A stretch of 64,000 nt of DNA, from NCBI GenBank assembly GCA_022710715.1, contig JAKLGJ010000001.1, positions 426,041 through 490,040 on the forward strand, given 5' to 3'. Both the position numbers and the translations under genes were made by a program. This document shows positions 43,725-53,895 of the stretch, in pieces. Under the pieces are notes generated by a model. It had not been told where the DNA came from, searched no databases, and worked only from the letters and a program-made list of their open reading frames with translations. How positions within the stretch are numbered: position 1 is the first letter of the stretch; the number at the start of each line of letters is the position of its first letter. This DNA is from Candidatus Omnitrophota bacterium (GTDB lineage Bacteria; Omnitrophota; Gorgyraeia; Gygaellales; Profunditerraquicolaceae).

Positions 43725-44267
43725 TCAGTGCTCGATCCCTTTGCGGGCTTTTATCCCCTGCCGGTAATAGTGTTTGATCTCTTTGATTTCGCTGACCAGG
43801 TCGGCGGCTTTGACGATCTGCCGGGGCGCATGCCGGCCGGTGAGGACCAGTTCGACTGATTTCGGCGCATGATCGATCAGGTTGAGTACGTCGCGGGTGC
43901 GCAGCAGCTTGAGCCGCATCGCCACGTTGATTTCGTCGAGTATAACCAGGTTATATTTTTTTGAGGCGATGATCTGATCGATCCGGCACAGGCCGAGATG
44001 CGCCAGAGCGATATCTTTCTCCCGGGGTTGTGAACGGATAAAACAACCTCTGCCGAATTGCTCCAGGGTGATCCCTCTGATTTTTTTGAGCGCGGTGATT
44101 TCGCTGTAGCAACGGCCTTTGATGAACTGTCCGATAAAAACGCGCTTCCCCGCTCCGATCGCTCGCAAAGCCAATCCCAGCGCCGCAGTAGTCTTCCCTT
44201 TTCCGTTGCCCGTATATACCTGTATCATATCCGCAGACGCTTTCCCTATTCGCATGCAGCGCAGCAA
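43725..44267 (-). CDS. cobO: Cob(I)yrinic acid a,c-diamide / corrinoid adenosyltransferase (CobO/BtuR family)
   Basis: IQVYTGNGKGKTTAALGLALRAIGAGKRVFIGQFIKG. The true start is probably the internal Met of MIQVY. Confidence 0.8.
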   Translation of the reverse strand: MLRCMRIGKASADMIQVYTGNGKGKTTAALGLALRAIGAGKRVFIGQFIKGRCYSEITALKKIRGITLEQFGRGCFIRSQPREKDIALAHLGLCRIDQIIASKKYNLVILDEINVAMRLKLLRTRDVLNLIDHAPKSVELVLTGRHAPRQIVKAADLVSEIKEIKHYYRQGIKARKGIEH

Positions 44268-44360
44268 TTTACAAAAATATTATTTGCAAGTTAGAAATTG
44301 GTTGATAAAGAATATTTTTGTAACTTTCTGTGCTGTAATCAATAAGGGAAAGCGTCTCCC

Positions 44361-45002
44361 TTAGTGCTGGAGGCCGAATTTGCCTATCAGCGGAACGAAT
44401 ACGCAGCTGGTAAAGCTCTCGCCGCGCAATTGCCCGTGGTCCTTATGGAAAACGGTCAGTGTCTGGCTGAATAGTTCTCCGATCGGTGCGACGATCAATC
44501 CGTCATCGGTAAGCTGTTTCGACAGCGGGTCCGGAACTTCGGCGGTTGCCGCGGTAATGATGATGCGGTCAAATGGCGCTTGCTCCGGCCAGCCCAGCGT
44601 CCCGTCGCCGACCTTGAATGAAATGTTTTTATAGCCCATCTCCCGCAGCAGCCGGTGCGCGGGTTCTGCCAGCAGCGCGTGGCGTTCGATAGTGTAAACT
44701 TCTTTTGCCAGCTCCGCCAGGATCGCCGACTGGTATCCGGATCCGGTGCCGATCTCCAGGATCCTCTCCGTGCCCCGCAACTGCAGGCATTCGGTCATCA
44801 GCGCTACCATATACGGTTGCGAGATCGTTTGTTTCTCGCCTATCGGTAAAGGATAATCCCCGTAGGCTTTTTCCCGCGCTTCTGCCGGCACGAACCGATG
44901 TCTCTCTACTTTCAGGAATGTCTGCAGCACCCGTTTGTCCTGAATTCCTCGCGGGATCAGCTGTTCCTCTACCATTTGTTTCCGTAGCGCCGGGTAGTCC
45001 AT
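44361..45002 (-). CDS. pcm: Protein-L-isoaspartate O-methyltransferase
   Basis: SAM motif VLEIGTGSGYQSAIL, plus TISQPYMVA. Length is 213 aa. Confidence 0.85.
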   Translation of the reverse strand: MDYPALRKQMVEEQLIPRGIQDKRVLQTFLKVERHRFVPAEAREKAYGDYPLPIGEKQTISQPYMVALMTECLQLRGTERILEIGTGSGYQSAILAELAKEVYTIERHALLAEPAHRLLREMGYKNISFKVGDGTLGWPEQAPFDRIIITAATAEVPDPLSKQLTDDGLIVAPIGELFSQTLTVFHKDHGQLRGESFTSCVFVPLIGKFGLQH

Positions 45003-45017
45003 GATGAGCCAGAGATA

Positions 45018-45683
45018 CTAACGGGATTTTTTATACCGCCGCACGAATTTGAAGAAACGAATAGTGTCGCTGATCGGATTGATATGGCTGTTTTCGCTTC
45101 TGTAGATCGTTTTGACCGGGACCGAATGAATGACAAAACCGAGCTTGGCGGTTTCAAACAATATTTCCGATTCGGTTTCGAATTTACGCGTGCTCAATTT
45201 TGTTTTCTGGAGCACTTCCTTCTTGATCAGGCGGAATCCGCACTGTGAATCAGGAATGCGCTGTTTGCATATTTTGGAGATCATCCAGGACATAAAGGTG
45301 TTGGTGATGACGCGTACCATCGGCATGTTCCTGACTGCCGCCATCCGGTTGCCGATGACGATGCCGTAACGGGGTTCTGCCGCGGCTTGCAAAAAAGCCG
45401 GAATGTCGGAAGGCAGGTGTTGTCCGTCGGCATCCATGGTGATCACAGCGTCAAAACCGTTGCGCATGGCGTATTCGAATCCTTTGATCAGGGTTGCGCC
45501 TTTGCCCAGGTTCCTCCCGTTGCTCAAGACGGCGGCGTCGGTTTTTCGGGCGACTCCGAGAGAATTGTCGGTTGAACCGTCATCAATGACCACGACCGGC
45601 AGGTTGAACCGGCGGATTTGATGGATCAGTTCTTCAAGGGTTTGTTCTTCATTGTGCGATGGGAGAATAACGCAGATTTTCAT
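45018..45683 (-). CDS. Family 2 glycosyltransferase (dolichyl/polyprenyl-phosphate sugar transferase-like)
   Basis: ICVILPSHNEE..VVVIDDGSTDNS..DADGQH. The start was moved to MKICV, which overlaps the upstream stop by 4 nt. Confidence 0.75.
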   Translation of the reverse strand: MKICVILPSHNEEQTLEELIHQIRRFNLPVVVIDDGSTDNSLGVARKTDAAVLSNGRNLGKGATLIKGFEYAMRNGFDAVITMDADGQHLPSDIPAFLQAAAEPRYGIVIGNRMAAVRNMPMVRVITNTFMSWMISKICKQRIPDSQCGFRLIKKEVLQKTKLSTRKFETESEILFETAKLGFVIHSVPVKTIYRSENSHINPISDTIRFFKFVRRYKKSR

Positions 45684-46528
45684 TCGATCCAGAATTTTTT
45701 GAACATGAACCATTGGTCCGGGTAGGCGCGGATGTAGTTTTCGATGATTTTTTTGTAGTTATTGATCACTTCTTCGATCGATTGCTGACGGTCGACTTCC
45801 ACCGTTCTCTCAAACCGCAAAGTAAAGGTGTCGTCGGAATTGCGGACCATGAATCCCGGCACGATCGCCGCCCCGGTTTTAAGCGCCAGCACCGCCGGTC
45901 CTTTGGGCAGGTACGTGGCTTTCCCGAAAAAAGTGATCACTTCTCCGCCGTCGTTGCTGAAATCGCGGTCGCCCACCAGCGCGAGCATCTGGTTCTCCAG
46001 CAGGATCTTGAAGCATGTCCGGGCAGCTTTGCCGAAGGGGATCACCTGGATCCCTTTTTTCTCCCTCCGGGAATTAAAAAACGCGTTGATCTCTTCGGAT
46101 TTGTGCGGCAGGGCCACTGCCCATAAAGGATAATCCATCTGCGCGATCACCGCCCCTCCCAGTTCCCAGTTGCCGATATGCGCGGTTAACAGGATCACGC
46201 CTTTTTTCTTCTGTATGGCTTCGTTGACGAACTCGATATTTTCCACCCGCACATTTTTTTCAATAAAGGCTTTATTCATCAGCGGGAAGCGGAAGAAATC
46301 GACCAGGTATTTCGCGAAATTCCGGAACATCTTCAGCCGGATCGCGCGCAATTCTTTGTCGGATTTGTCCGGGAAGATCGTTTTTAAATTCGCCCAGGTG
46401 TCCGCGCGGTCCTTGTCGGCAAAGATGAAATGCACGTCCGAGAAGAATGTCGCGACCGCATAACACAACTTAAGCGGCAGGCTTAACGCGATGGATTGGC
46501 CGATCTTGAATAACGAATAGCTGTACAT
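45680..46528 (-). CDS. Lysophospholipid/lipid A-type acyltransferase (LpxL/HtrB family)
   Basis: Its length and motifs resemble the LABLAT family (HIGNWEL..). Neighbouring glycolipid genes support the context. Confidence 0.6.
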   Translation of the reverse strand: MYSYSLFKIGQSIALSLPLKLCYAVATFFSDVHFIFADKDRADTWANLKTIFPDKSDKELRAIRLKMFRNFAKYLVDFFRFPLMNKAFIEKNVRVENIEFVNEAIQKKKGVILLTAHIGNWELGGAVIAQMDYPLWAVALPHKSEEINAFFNSRREKKGIQVIPFGKAARTCFKILLENQMLALVGDRDFSNDGGEVITFFGKATYLPKGPAVLALKTGAAIVPGFMVRNSDDTFTLRFERTVEVDRQQSIEEVINNYKKIIENYIRAYPDQWFMFKKFWIE

Positions 46529-46534
46529 GTCGGA

Positions 46535-47656
46535 CTAAGCTACCTCCAGTATCAGTTTGGCGATATCCATGCTGGCATTGGGCTTGCTCAACGCGCCGGC
46601 GCATTCGGACAGCTGCGAAATTTTATGGGGATGTTCGAAGAGGTCCTGCACGACCAGGTCGATATGCCGCGGATGGTCGATTTTGATCGCAGCGTTCTTC
46701 TCGGTCAGGTAAACGGTATTGCTGGCTTCCTGTCCGGGGATCGGCTTGATGATCAACATGGGCAGTTTCTTGGAAAGCGCTTCCGACGTGGTGATCCCGC
46801 CGGGTTTGGTGACGATCAGCTGGGAGATCGTCATCAGCTCGTTGATATTGTCGACGTATTTGAGCAAGACGATCTTCTTGCCGTATTTCTTGATTTTCTT
46901 TTGCAAAGACGAGTAGAGCTTTTTGTTTACGCCGCAGACGATGATTTCCTGGAAATCCATCTCCACTTTTTCCAGCGCTTTGACGATGGATTTGATCGGA
47001 CCCAGCCCCTGCCCCCCGCCCATCAGCAGCATGGTCGGCACGCGAGGGTCAAGTCCCAGGGAGGCGTACACTTTGTGCCTGTCTACCGGGGCGTTGAATT
47101 TGAAATCGAACGGTATGCCCAGCGGTTTGATCTTTTCCGGCGGCACTCCTTTGAGCATCAACCGGTGGCCGATTTCCTCCGACGGAACGACGTAAAAGTC
47201 GACATTGTCATAAATCCAGTAGGAGTGCGGTACGTAGTCCGTCAGGACCGCGATCAGCGGGAAATGGGCGTTATACATCTTCTTGTAATCCGCCACCATC
47301 CCGCACGGGAATGCCTGGGTGCAGATGACCGCGTCCGGATGGAATTTCCCGAACAGCCGCTGGAATTTCTTGGAATTCATCTTATGTATGGCGTCCTTGA
47401 TCTTTTCCAGCCGCTCCTTGACCGTGGGATTGTCGTAGATCAGGTCCCAGATCATCGGGGTGCGTTTGATCACCGTAGTATAAATCTGGTTGACGACTTT
47501 TTCCGAAATGGGATTGGTATATCTGAAAGCGTTGATATTGAGCGTTTCTATATTCGAAGAAAGCGTGTGCAGCGCTTTCTCGATCGCCAGCGTCGCGCTG
47601 TGATGGCCGGATACCTCCGAAATATACATGAGGACGACGTTTTTTTTCTTGAGCAT
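46535..47656 (-). CDS. MGDG-synthase-like diacylglycerol glycosyltransferase (GT28)
   Basis: An N-terminal MGDG_synth-like region (SEVSGHHSATLAIEKAL) and a C-terminal GT28 domain (KPGGITTSEAL..P.L.IKPIPGQE). Confidence 0.65.
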   Translation of the reverse strand: MLKKKNVVLMYISEVSGHHSATLAIEKALHTLSSNIETLNINAFRYTNPISEKVVNQIYTTVIKRTPMIWDLIYDNPTVKERLEKIKDAIHKMNSKKFQRLFGKFHPDAVICTQAFPCGMVADYKKMYNAHFPLIAVLTDYVPHSYWIYDNVDFYVVPSEEIGHRLMLKGVPPEKIKPLGIPFDFKFNAPVDRHKVYASLGLDPRVPTMLLMGGGQGLGPIKSIVKALEKVEMDFQEIIVCGVNKKLYSSLQKKIKKYGKKIVLLKYVDNINELMTISQLIVTKPGGITTSEALSKKLPMLIIKPIPGQEASNTVYLTEKNAAIKIDHPRHIDLVVQDLFEHPHKISQLSECAGALSKPNASMDIAKLILEVA

Positions 47657-47657
47657 G

Positions 47658-48821
47658 CTACAATTTCCCTTCGCGGTACAATTCCACCATGGCTACGGCA
47701 ACATCCGGATGGAACTGCTTGCCGGCTAGTTTCTCGATCTCGTCCATCGCTTTTTCCTGGGGCAGCCCTTTACGATAGGGCCGGTCCGAGACCATGGCGT
47801 CGTAGGAATCGGCTACCGCGATTATCGCGGCGATCAGCGGGATCTGGGCGCCTTTGAGGCCTTCGGGATACCCGGTTCCGTCGTAGCGTTCGTGATGGTA
47901 TTTTACCCCTTTAACGCAGTTTTCCAGTTCCTGGATCGATTCCAGGATCTTTTCGCCGATGACCGTGTGCTCTTTCATCGTATTCCATTCTTCCGGGCTC
48001 AACGGTCCCTGTTTGTTCAGAATACTCTCCGGAATGCCGATCTTGCCGATATCGTGCAGCACGCTGGCGATTTCCAGGTCTTCGGAAAAAGCGTCGTCTA
48101 TCAGGTCGGGGTATTTCTGACTGAGTTTATCGCTGACTTTCTGGCTGACTTCGCGCACCCGGTCGGTATGGCCGCCGGTATAATTGTCTTTGGCGTCGAT
48201 CGCCGCAGCCAGGGCTTTGGTGATGTTCTTGAACAGGGCTTTTCTCTTGTCCAGTTCGTCGGTAAGATCTTTGAAAAGCTTGGCGTTGCGGATGGCCATG
48301 CCGACATCCGAAGCCAGCGCCACGAAGAATTGCATTTCGTCTGCTTCGAATTCGGTTCCGTCCTTCTTGGAGCCTAAGAGCAGGATGCCCAGCAGGTCAT
48401 GCTGGAAATAGCACGGCACGCAGGCAACCGCATCGAATATCTCCATCTGATAGAGTGCGCCGCGCAGCAGGTCGCTGTTCTCATTCTTCACCAGGATATC
48501 CAGGATCTTCTTGGCTTTAGGATAAACGATAGTGTTGTCGCTTGAGAAAAGGGTGGCTTTTTCCTCGCTGAATATCCTGATCAGGGCATTATCATTATCC
48601 ATCCGGGTGAAGCCTTCCGGAACTTTCAATCCCAGCGGGCCGCGGGATACTTTCATGATATAGGAATCGGCGATGTGGTTGTGCAGGAGGATATTGGCGT
48701 GGCTGACTTTGACCTTCTGGACGAGCATGCGCACGATCATCTTGATCAGGGTGTCAGGCTCATGCACCAGGATCATCGTCTTGGAGGCTTTTTCGAGTTC
48801 TTTCTTGTAATCTATGGACAT
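47658..48821 (-). CDS. GAF-domain HD-GYP phosphodiesterase (c-di-GMP hydrolase family)
   Basis: HDIGKIGIP and HHERYDGTGYP motifs. Confidence 0.75.
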   Translation of the reverse strand: MSIDYKKELEKASKTMILVHEPDTLIKMIVRMLVQKVKVSHANILLHNHIADSYIMKVSRGPLGLKVPEGFTRMDNDNALIRIFSEEKATLFSSDNTIVYPKAKKILDILVKNENSDLLRGALYQMEIFDAVACVPCYFQHDLLGILLLGSKKDGTEFEADEMQFFVALASDVGMAIRNAKLFKDLTDELDKRKALFKNITKALAAAIDAKDNYTGGHTDRVREVSQKVSDKLSQKYPDLIDDAFSEDLEIASVLHDIGKIGIPESILNKQGPLSPEEWNTMKEHTVIGEKILESIQELENCVKGVKYHHERYDGTGYPEGLKGAQIPLIAAIIAVADSYDAMVSDRPYRKGLPQEKAMDEIEKLAGKQFHPDVAVAMVELYREGKL

Positions 48822-48824
48822 GGT

Positions 48825-49190
48825 TTAAGGATTGAGGGCTTTCATCACCACCTGTTCGAGCTCTTCGAGCTTTAACGGTTTGTGCACGTATCCGCAGGCG
48901 CCCAGTTGCACACAGGTGTTATAGGATTCGTTTTCTTCCGGCCGGGTGCCGGTGACCATCACCGCTTTGATCGTAGCATCCAGCTTTTTGATCGCTTCCA
49001 GGGTTTGGATCCCGTTCATCCCGCCCATGCGGATATCCAGCAGGACCAGGTCAGGGCGGTCTTCTTTGACTTTATTCAGCGCTTCTTCTCCGCTTCCTGC
49101 GGTGCGGGTGTCGATTTTTCGCTTGCGAAAGAAATTCGCGGCAAATTCCCGCACATCTTCCTCGTCGTCAACAATAAGCATTTTCGGCAT
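48825..49190 (-). CDS. Single-domain response regulator (CheY-like receiver)
   Basis: Contains the phospho-acceptor Asp (LVLLDIRMGGMNG) and a conserved Lys. Length is 121 aa. Confidence 0.8.
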   Translation of the reverse strand: MPKMLIVDDEEDVREFAANFFRKRKIDTRTAGSGEEALNKVKEDRPDLVLLDIRMGGMNGIQTLEAIKKLDATIKAVMVTGTRPEENESYNTCVQLGACGYVHKPLKLEELEQVVMKALNP

Positions 49191-49258
49191 GGTTCATTTC
49201 CTCCCCGTAAGAAACCAATTATTCACTATACAACACAAACCCCGGTTTGTTAAGCGTT

Positions 49259-51478
49259 TTATTGAGACGCAGCCGCTGTGTTCCCGTTGACCGCTAACGG
49301 CAGCTCAAGGATAAACCGCGTTCCCACCTTATGCTCCGATTCGAAATTGATCTTTCCCTGATGCGTCTCGGTAATGATATTCTTGATCACGTACAGGCCT
49401 AAACCGGTGCCTTTGCGTGAAGAAACCTTGGTGGTGAAAAACGGCGTAAAAAGCTTTTTGATGTCCTCGCTCTTCACGCCCATGCCGTTGTCCTGCACGA
49501 TGATCTCCATCATTTTTTCTTTGGGCCGCGCGGTAACGGTGATCTTGCCGCGGTAACCCGGCTCTTTCAAGGTCGTGCGCCGTTCCACCATGGAATCGTA
49601 GGCGTTATCGATAAAATTGAAGAACGCTTCTTCCAGCTGCACGAGGTTGCCTTTGATCTTCGGCAGGTCCTGGGGATAATTGCGGACCAGGTCGATCTCC
49701 TGCAGCTTGACTTTGTACTGGACCATGGTGATCGTTCCGTCGATGACCTGGTCGAGAGTCAGCGGCTCCAGGCCCTCGTCTCCTTTGCGGGTATACTTGA
49801 GGATGCCTTTGACCACTTCCCCTCCCTGCATGACATTGGACTGAATGCGTTCCAGCGCGGCGTTGATCTGTTTGATCATCTCCTGGATCTCGGGGGAGCA
49901 TTTGGAGGTGTCGGTCAGTTTGATGGTATCGATGGAGTCCCCGGCGATCAAAGAAAGGGCGTAAAAACGGTTGTTGATCTGATGCGATAAGCCGTCGGCC
50001 ATGGTGCCTACCGTAGCCATCTTCTCCGCTTGCGCGATCTGCGCCTGCATCTCTTTCGCTTCTTCATAGAACTGCGCGTTTTCGATCGCCAGCGCGGCTT
50101 GAGAAGCCAGGATCTGGAAGACATTGAGATCTTCGGGGGTATAGATCTGCCCGGATAGTTTATCGCCCAGCACCACAAAAGCGGTCAGTTTATTCTCCAG
50201 GAAACAGGGAATGACCACCGCGGCGTTGATCTTGCGCAGGTCCTGTTCCAGCAGCTTGAACGTGGCGTCGTTGGAATCCTGCATCTGGCGTTTGACTTCT
50301 TCGTAGACCACCGGTTGTTTTTTGGTGATCAACCAGGTGATCAGGGTATGATCGGCGGTCAGGGTGCGCGCCGGCTGTTCCCCGCGCGAGCGGTTCACCT
50401 GGAGAGCATATTCGTTGTTCTCTTCGCTGTGCAGATAGATCGCGGCGAAGCGGATACGCACGGTTTTGGTAATGATGTGCGCGATCAGGCTAAGCAGTTT
50501 GCGCAGGTTGCGGATACGGGTCATGCCGATCGCTGCGTGCTTGAGGGTATCCTGGTAGCGTTTCTGCTCGCGCAGCAACCTCTCTTCCGTCCTGCGCTGC
50601 AGGAAGATGTAAAAGAACGGTCCAATGGTGGCTAATGCGGCCATAAGAACCATAGGCAGAATCCACCAGTTAGCAGCTAATTTTGTTTCAAACCAGTTTC
50701 GATAGTAGCCGGCTAAAGCAAAAGGAAAGCCCAGTACTAGAGTATATACCGCTATAAAAAGTCCAGCGCGGGTTATTGCCAGTCGAATATCCAGGAGACG
50801 ATATTTGATTACAGCGTAAGTAATGATAAAAGGATAAATAGCCAGGAAGATATTGGAAAAGGGATACATGGGACTGCCAAAGACACTGGAATAGACGCCA
50901 TGCGGTCCCAACCAGCCGATAACTGAAGCAAGAATGAAATATTTTATTTGATTTCGAACAACGCCTTTTGAATGAATAAACTGGAGAATAAGCAAGGCAA
51001 ACGAGTAGGTAAGGAAAATCCAGTAGAAAAAGATGTAAAAAACAAGATAGAGAATGTTCTTTTTGATCGGCCAATAATGTAAATAAAATTCGTTAAATGA
51101 GAACCGTACATCACCCAGAAAGAGGTCGTGTCGGGGCAAGAAGTTTATCACTGTGAAAGCGATGCCTATGGTGTATGCCAGGATAAGAAGTAATTTAGCA
51201 TAACGCTGTTTAAGTTTAAGGAATGCATAGACGAAGTGATAATATACGACTGGAGTGAAGATGATACCGATGTGAGCTATCTGCCACCAGAAGAAAGCTT
51301 TGTCGGGTAGTTTTGCAGTTGAGAAACCGAACCCGCCAACGCCCCATAGGGCAATGAAAAAACAAAACAAAGCCCAAACATAGCTTAAACGTTTGTCTTT
51401 GCCTTTTATCAAAACGAGAACAATGAGTATTAAGCTGGAGATAATGACTATTAAAGATGAGAAACTGAATAGATTCAT
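49259..51478 (-). CDS. Sensor histidine kinase with N-terminal 7TM-receptor-like module, GAF, HisKA, HATPase
   Basis: About 7 N-terminal TM helices, an H-box (..DGLSHQINN..) and an ATPase G-box. It is paralogous to 59032-61185. Confidence 0.8.
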   Translation of the reverse strand: MNLFSFSSLIVIISSLILIVLVLIKGKDKRLSYVWALFCFFIALWGVGGFGFSTAKLPDKAFFWWQIAHIGIIFTPVVYYHFVYAFLKLKQRYAKLLLILAYTIGIAFTVINFLPRHDLFLGDVRFSFNEFYLHYWPIKKNILYLVFYIFFYWIFLTYSFALLILQFIHSKGVVRNQIKYFILASVIGWLGPHGVYSSVFGSPMYPFSNIFLAIYPFIITYAVIKYRLLDIRLAITRAGLFIAVYTLVLGFPFALAGYYRNWFETKLAANWWILPMVLMAALATIGPFFYIFLQRRTEERLLREQKRYQDTLKHAAIGMTRIRNLRKLLSLIAHIITKTVRIRFAAIYLHSEENNEYALQVNRSRGEQPARTLTADHTLITWLITKKQPVVYEEVKRQMQDSNDATFKLLEQDLRKINAAVVIPCFLENKLTAFVVLGDKLSGQIYTPEDLNVFQILASQAALAIENAQFYEEAKEMQAQIAQAEKMATVGTMADGLSHQINNRFYALSLIAGDSIDTIKLTDTSKCSPEIQEMIKQINAALERIQSNVMQGGEVVKGILKYTRKGDEGLEPLTLDQVIDGTITMVQYKVKLQEIDLVRNYPQDLPKIKGNLVQLEEAFFNFIDNAYDSMVERRTTLKEPGYRGKITVTARPKEKMMEIIVQDNGMGVKSEDIKKLFTPFFTTKVSSRKGTGLGLYVIKNIITETHQGKINFESEHKVGTRFILELPLAVNGNTAAASQ

Positions 51479-51484
51479 AGGTTT

Positions 51485-52057
51485 TTAGCTTATGGTAACT
51501 ACGGTATTCTTTTTTCTCGGGCTTCTTTTTCCTTTACTTAGAGGATAACCTAATGTTAAAACAGCGACCATTTCGTCCTTGATCTTCAGCAGCTTATTAA
51601 TTTCTTCTCGACAGAAAAGCGGCATATCTAGCCAACAAGTTCCGATCCCGAGATTCTCCGCTTCCAATAACATGTTTTGAATTGCCGCTGCAATAGCCGA
51701 AATTTCCGCCAGCTCAGCTTTTTTGAAGTATTCCTTGTTGAAGCGTTCGATAATTCCGGTGAAATCCTTGGTGTTATATACGCAGATCAATAATTTCGAA
51801 TTAGCCATTGTTTTTATGGTTGGATAAAGGAGAAACGTGGGCGTATTGATGTCTTCGAGTTTCTTTTCAACCATGCGATTGATTTTTTTTATCAAAGCCA
51901 CATTCTTGATTATTACGAATTTCCAGGGTTGAAAATGATGCAGCGCCGGTCCCCAAATACCCGCTTCGAGGATCTTTTTTAAAGCTGTTTGCGAAATCGG
52001 TTTGTTGGTATAGTGTCGTGTAGTGCTTCGTTGTTTCATCAGTTTAAGCACATCCAT
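51485..52057 (-). CDS. Nitroreductase-family flavoprotein
   Basis: RHYTNKPI...GPALHHFQPW is nitroreductase-like. Length is 190 aa. Confidence 0.6.
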   Translation of the reverse strand: MDVLKLMKQRSTTRHYTNKPISQTALKKILEAGIWGPALHHFQPWKFVIIKNVALIKKINRMVEKKLEDINTPTFLLYPTIKTMANSKLLICVYNTKDFTGIIERFNKEYFKKAELAEISAIAAAIQNMLLEAENLGIGTCWLDMPLFCREEINKLLKIKDEMVAVLTLGYPLSKGKRSPRKKNTVVTIS

Positions 52058-52066
52058 TTTTATTCC

Positions 52067-53176
52067 TCACCGTTTTTTCCGGGTTAAATAGAGCAATAAA
52101 CAATTTAATTTCTTAATCCCGTGAGATTGATACCTGAAACCGATGCGTCCTAAAAGTTGTACCGTTAAAACTCCGGAAAGTTTCAAATTAAAGTTAAGCG
52201 ACATGACGCTTCTTTTAAGAATATTTTTTTGAATGGGAGTTAACGCTATCGTTCTGAAAGCATCTGGTTGGATGCTGCGAGGATTTTTAAATTCCATTAA
52301 CTCGCTTGCTTTTTTTAGAATGGATGAGATTGAAACGTTTCCCGCCGGGAATATGTGGTAAGTTTTGTTGTCTCCAGGGGCTTTCTGGGAGATTATGTAC
52401 AGCGCCTTTACGGTATCATCGATAAAGACCAGATTTATCGAGAAGTTCAAGATTGGTAGAGCATCGAAAAGTTCGAGTTTGCACAGATTGAGGAATTGAT
52501 AGACATTCTTGAACTGGGAAATCTTGCCGGTGCGGGATTCTCCTACGACCATGGCAGGGCGAAAGATGTCAACCGTGAGCCTGTTCCTGTACGAATGTGC
52601 GAGTTGTTCGGCTTCGAATTTGCTCTGTTCGTACGTGGTATTGAACTTCTGTCCGACATCGAGGTCTGTTTCCCTGAAAATACCCTGATGGGTGCCGGCA
52701 ACATACGCGGTGCTGATGTGATTGACTTTGACCAGCGACGGGCAGGTGACGGCGAAGTCCAGCAAATTTTTTGTCCCGTGTACGTTGGTTTTGCGGATCT
52801 CTTCCAACGGCCGCCCGATTTCCGTAACTGCCGCCGAGTGGAATATTTCTTCGGTTTGCTTGCGCACGGTTGCGGCAACGGCCGCGTTCAATCCCAGTCG
52901 CGGTCCGGCGGTAATATCCCCCTCCACTACTACCAGATTGCGGCGGTGTCTGGACAGGACCTTTTTATCCCAGAACGCGAGGGCTTTCTCCACTCGCTGC
53001 CGGGCGGTTTCCTGCGCTTTGCCGCGGGCCAGGCAGAAAACTTTATGGCCGTTAAGCAGTAGTATTTTGAGCAGGTATGAGCCGATCAGCCCGGTGGCGC
53101 CGGTAAGCAGGACAGTCCTTTTGTGCGCCGAGCGGTGCCGGGTCATCCTGATTGTGCGAGGTGCGGATTTTTTCAT
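52067..53176 (-). CDS. NAD(P)-dependent reductase with NAD_binding_4 (thioester/fatty acyl reductase-like) domain
   Basis: TGATGLIGSYLL Rossmann motif and the YxxxK region. Confidence 0.55.
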   Translation of the reverse strand: MKKSAPRTIRMTRHRSAHKRTVLLTGATGLIGSYLLKILLLNGHKVFCLARGKAQETARQRVEKALAFWDKKVLSRHRRNLVVVEGDITAGPRLGLNAAVAATVRKQTEEIFHSAAVTEIGRPLEEIRKTNVHGTKNLLDFAVTCPSLVKVNHISTAYVAGTHQGIFRETDLDVGQKFNTTYEQSKFEAEQLAHSYRNRLTVDIFRPAMVVGESRTGKISQFKNVYQFLNLCKLELFDALPILNFSINLVFIDDTVKALYIISQKAPGDNKTYHIFPAGNVSISSILKKASELMEFKNPRSIQPDAFRTIALTPIQKNILKRSVMSLNFNLKLSGVLTVQLLGRIGFRYQSHGIKKLNCLLLYLTRKKR

Positions 53177-53619
53177 GATCTGGGTTTGATGCCGAAACCG
53201 ATACTGGCTTCGGCGACGACAGTCTCTCCTACTTTGGCTTTTGCTTCCACGATCCCGGTGTTGTTCAGGATCTTGACCGCTTCGATTTCGAAATCAACTG
53301 CGTCTCCCGGGAATACGGCCTGTTTGAATTTGACTTCCGCTTTGCCCAGGTAATACATGGGGTTCCGGGCGGCGATCTCCGGCTTGAGCGCGGCAAACAG
53401 GATAATGCTGGATTGAGCCATGGCTTCGGTCAGGATTACTCCGGGCACGACGGGATTGCCGGGGAAATGCCCGGCGAAGAAATAATCATTGATGGTGAAC
53501 AGTTTTCGACAGACGACTTTTCTTGCCGCAGTGTCGATAGCGGTGACCTTGTCGATAAACAAGAACGGATAGCGGTGGGGCAAAATCTCCTGAATGCGGT
53601 CGATATCCCAGGCGTCCAT
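53173..53619 (-). CDS. 3-hydroxyacyl-ACP dehydratase (FabZ/FabA hotdog family)
   Basis: ILPHRYPFLFIDKV and the catalytic His in GHFPGNPVVPGV. Confidence 0.75.
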   Translation of the reverse strand: MDAWDIDRIQEILPHRYPFLFIDKVTAIDTAARKVVCRKLFTINDYFFAGHFPGNPVVPGVILTEAMAQSSIILFAALKPEIAARNPMYYLGKAEVKFKQAVFPGDAVDFEIEAVKILNNTGIVEAKAKVGETVVAEASIGFGIKPRS

Positions 53620-53620
53620 A

Positions 53621-53869
53621 TTATTTGATCCGTTTTTCCAGTATCGCGTAAACGTCGTTAAGGCAGCGGATGGTGGGAATTTCCTCTTCCGGGATGCTGA
53701 TCTTGTATTTTTTCTCGATGCTGGCGACGATCTCCAGGGCCATCATGCTGTCCACTCCCAGGTCTTCCACGAATTTCGCATCTTCCTTGAGTTTGTCTTC
53801 GGGCAGCTCGGTGATCTCCGCGACCTTCTTTTTGACGTCCTTTTTGATCTCTTCGAAATTTGCCGCCAT
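53621..53869 (-). CDS. Acyl carrier protein
   Basis: The phosphopantetheine attachment motif is DLGVDSMMALEI. The start was moved to MAANFEEIKK (GGAGGG RBS). Confidence 0.75.
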   Translation of the reverse strand: MAANFEEIKKDVKKKVAEITELPEDKLKEDAKFVEDLGVDSMMALEIVASIEKKYKISIPEEEIPTIRCLNDVYAILEKRIK

Positions 53870-53895
53870 AACGTTAACCCTCCATGGTTGGTAAA

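Noticed and set aside
46625-47857. 410-aa plus-strand ORF spanning the GT28 and HD-GYP genes
   Set aside because: It crosses a gene boundary on the opposite strand and is Arg/Asp/His-rich. Both sense genes have clear catalytic motifs.
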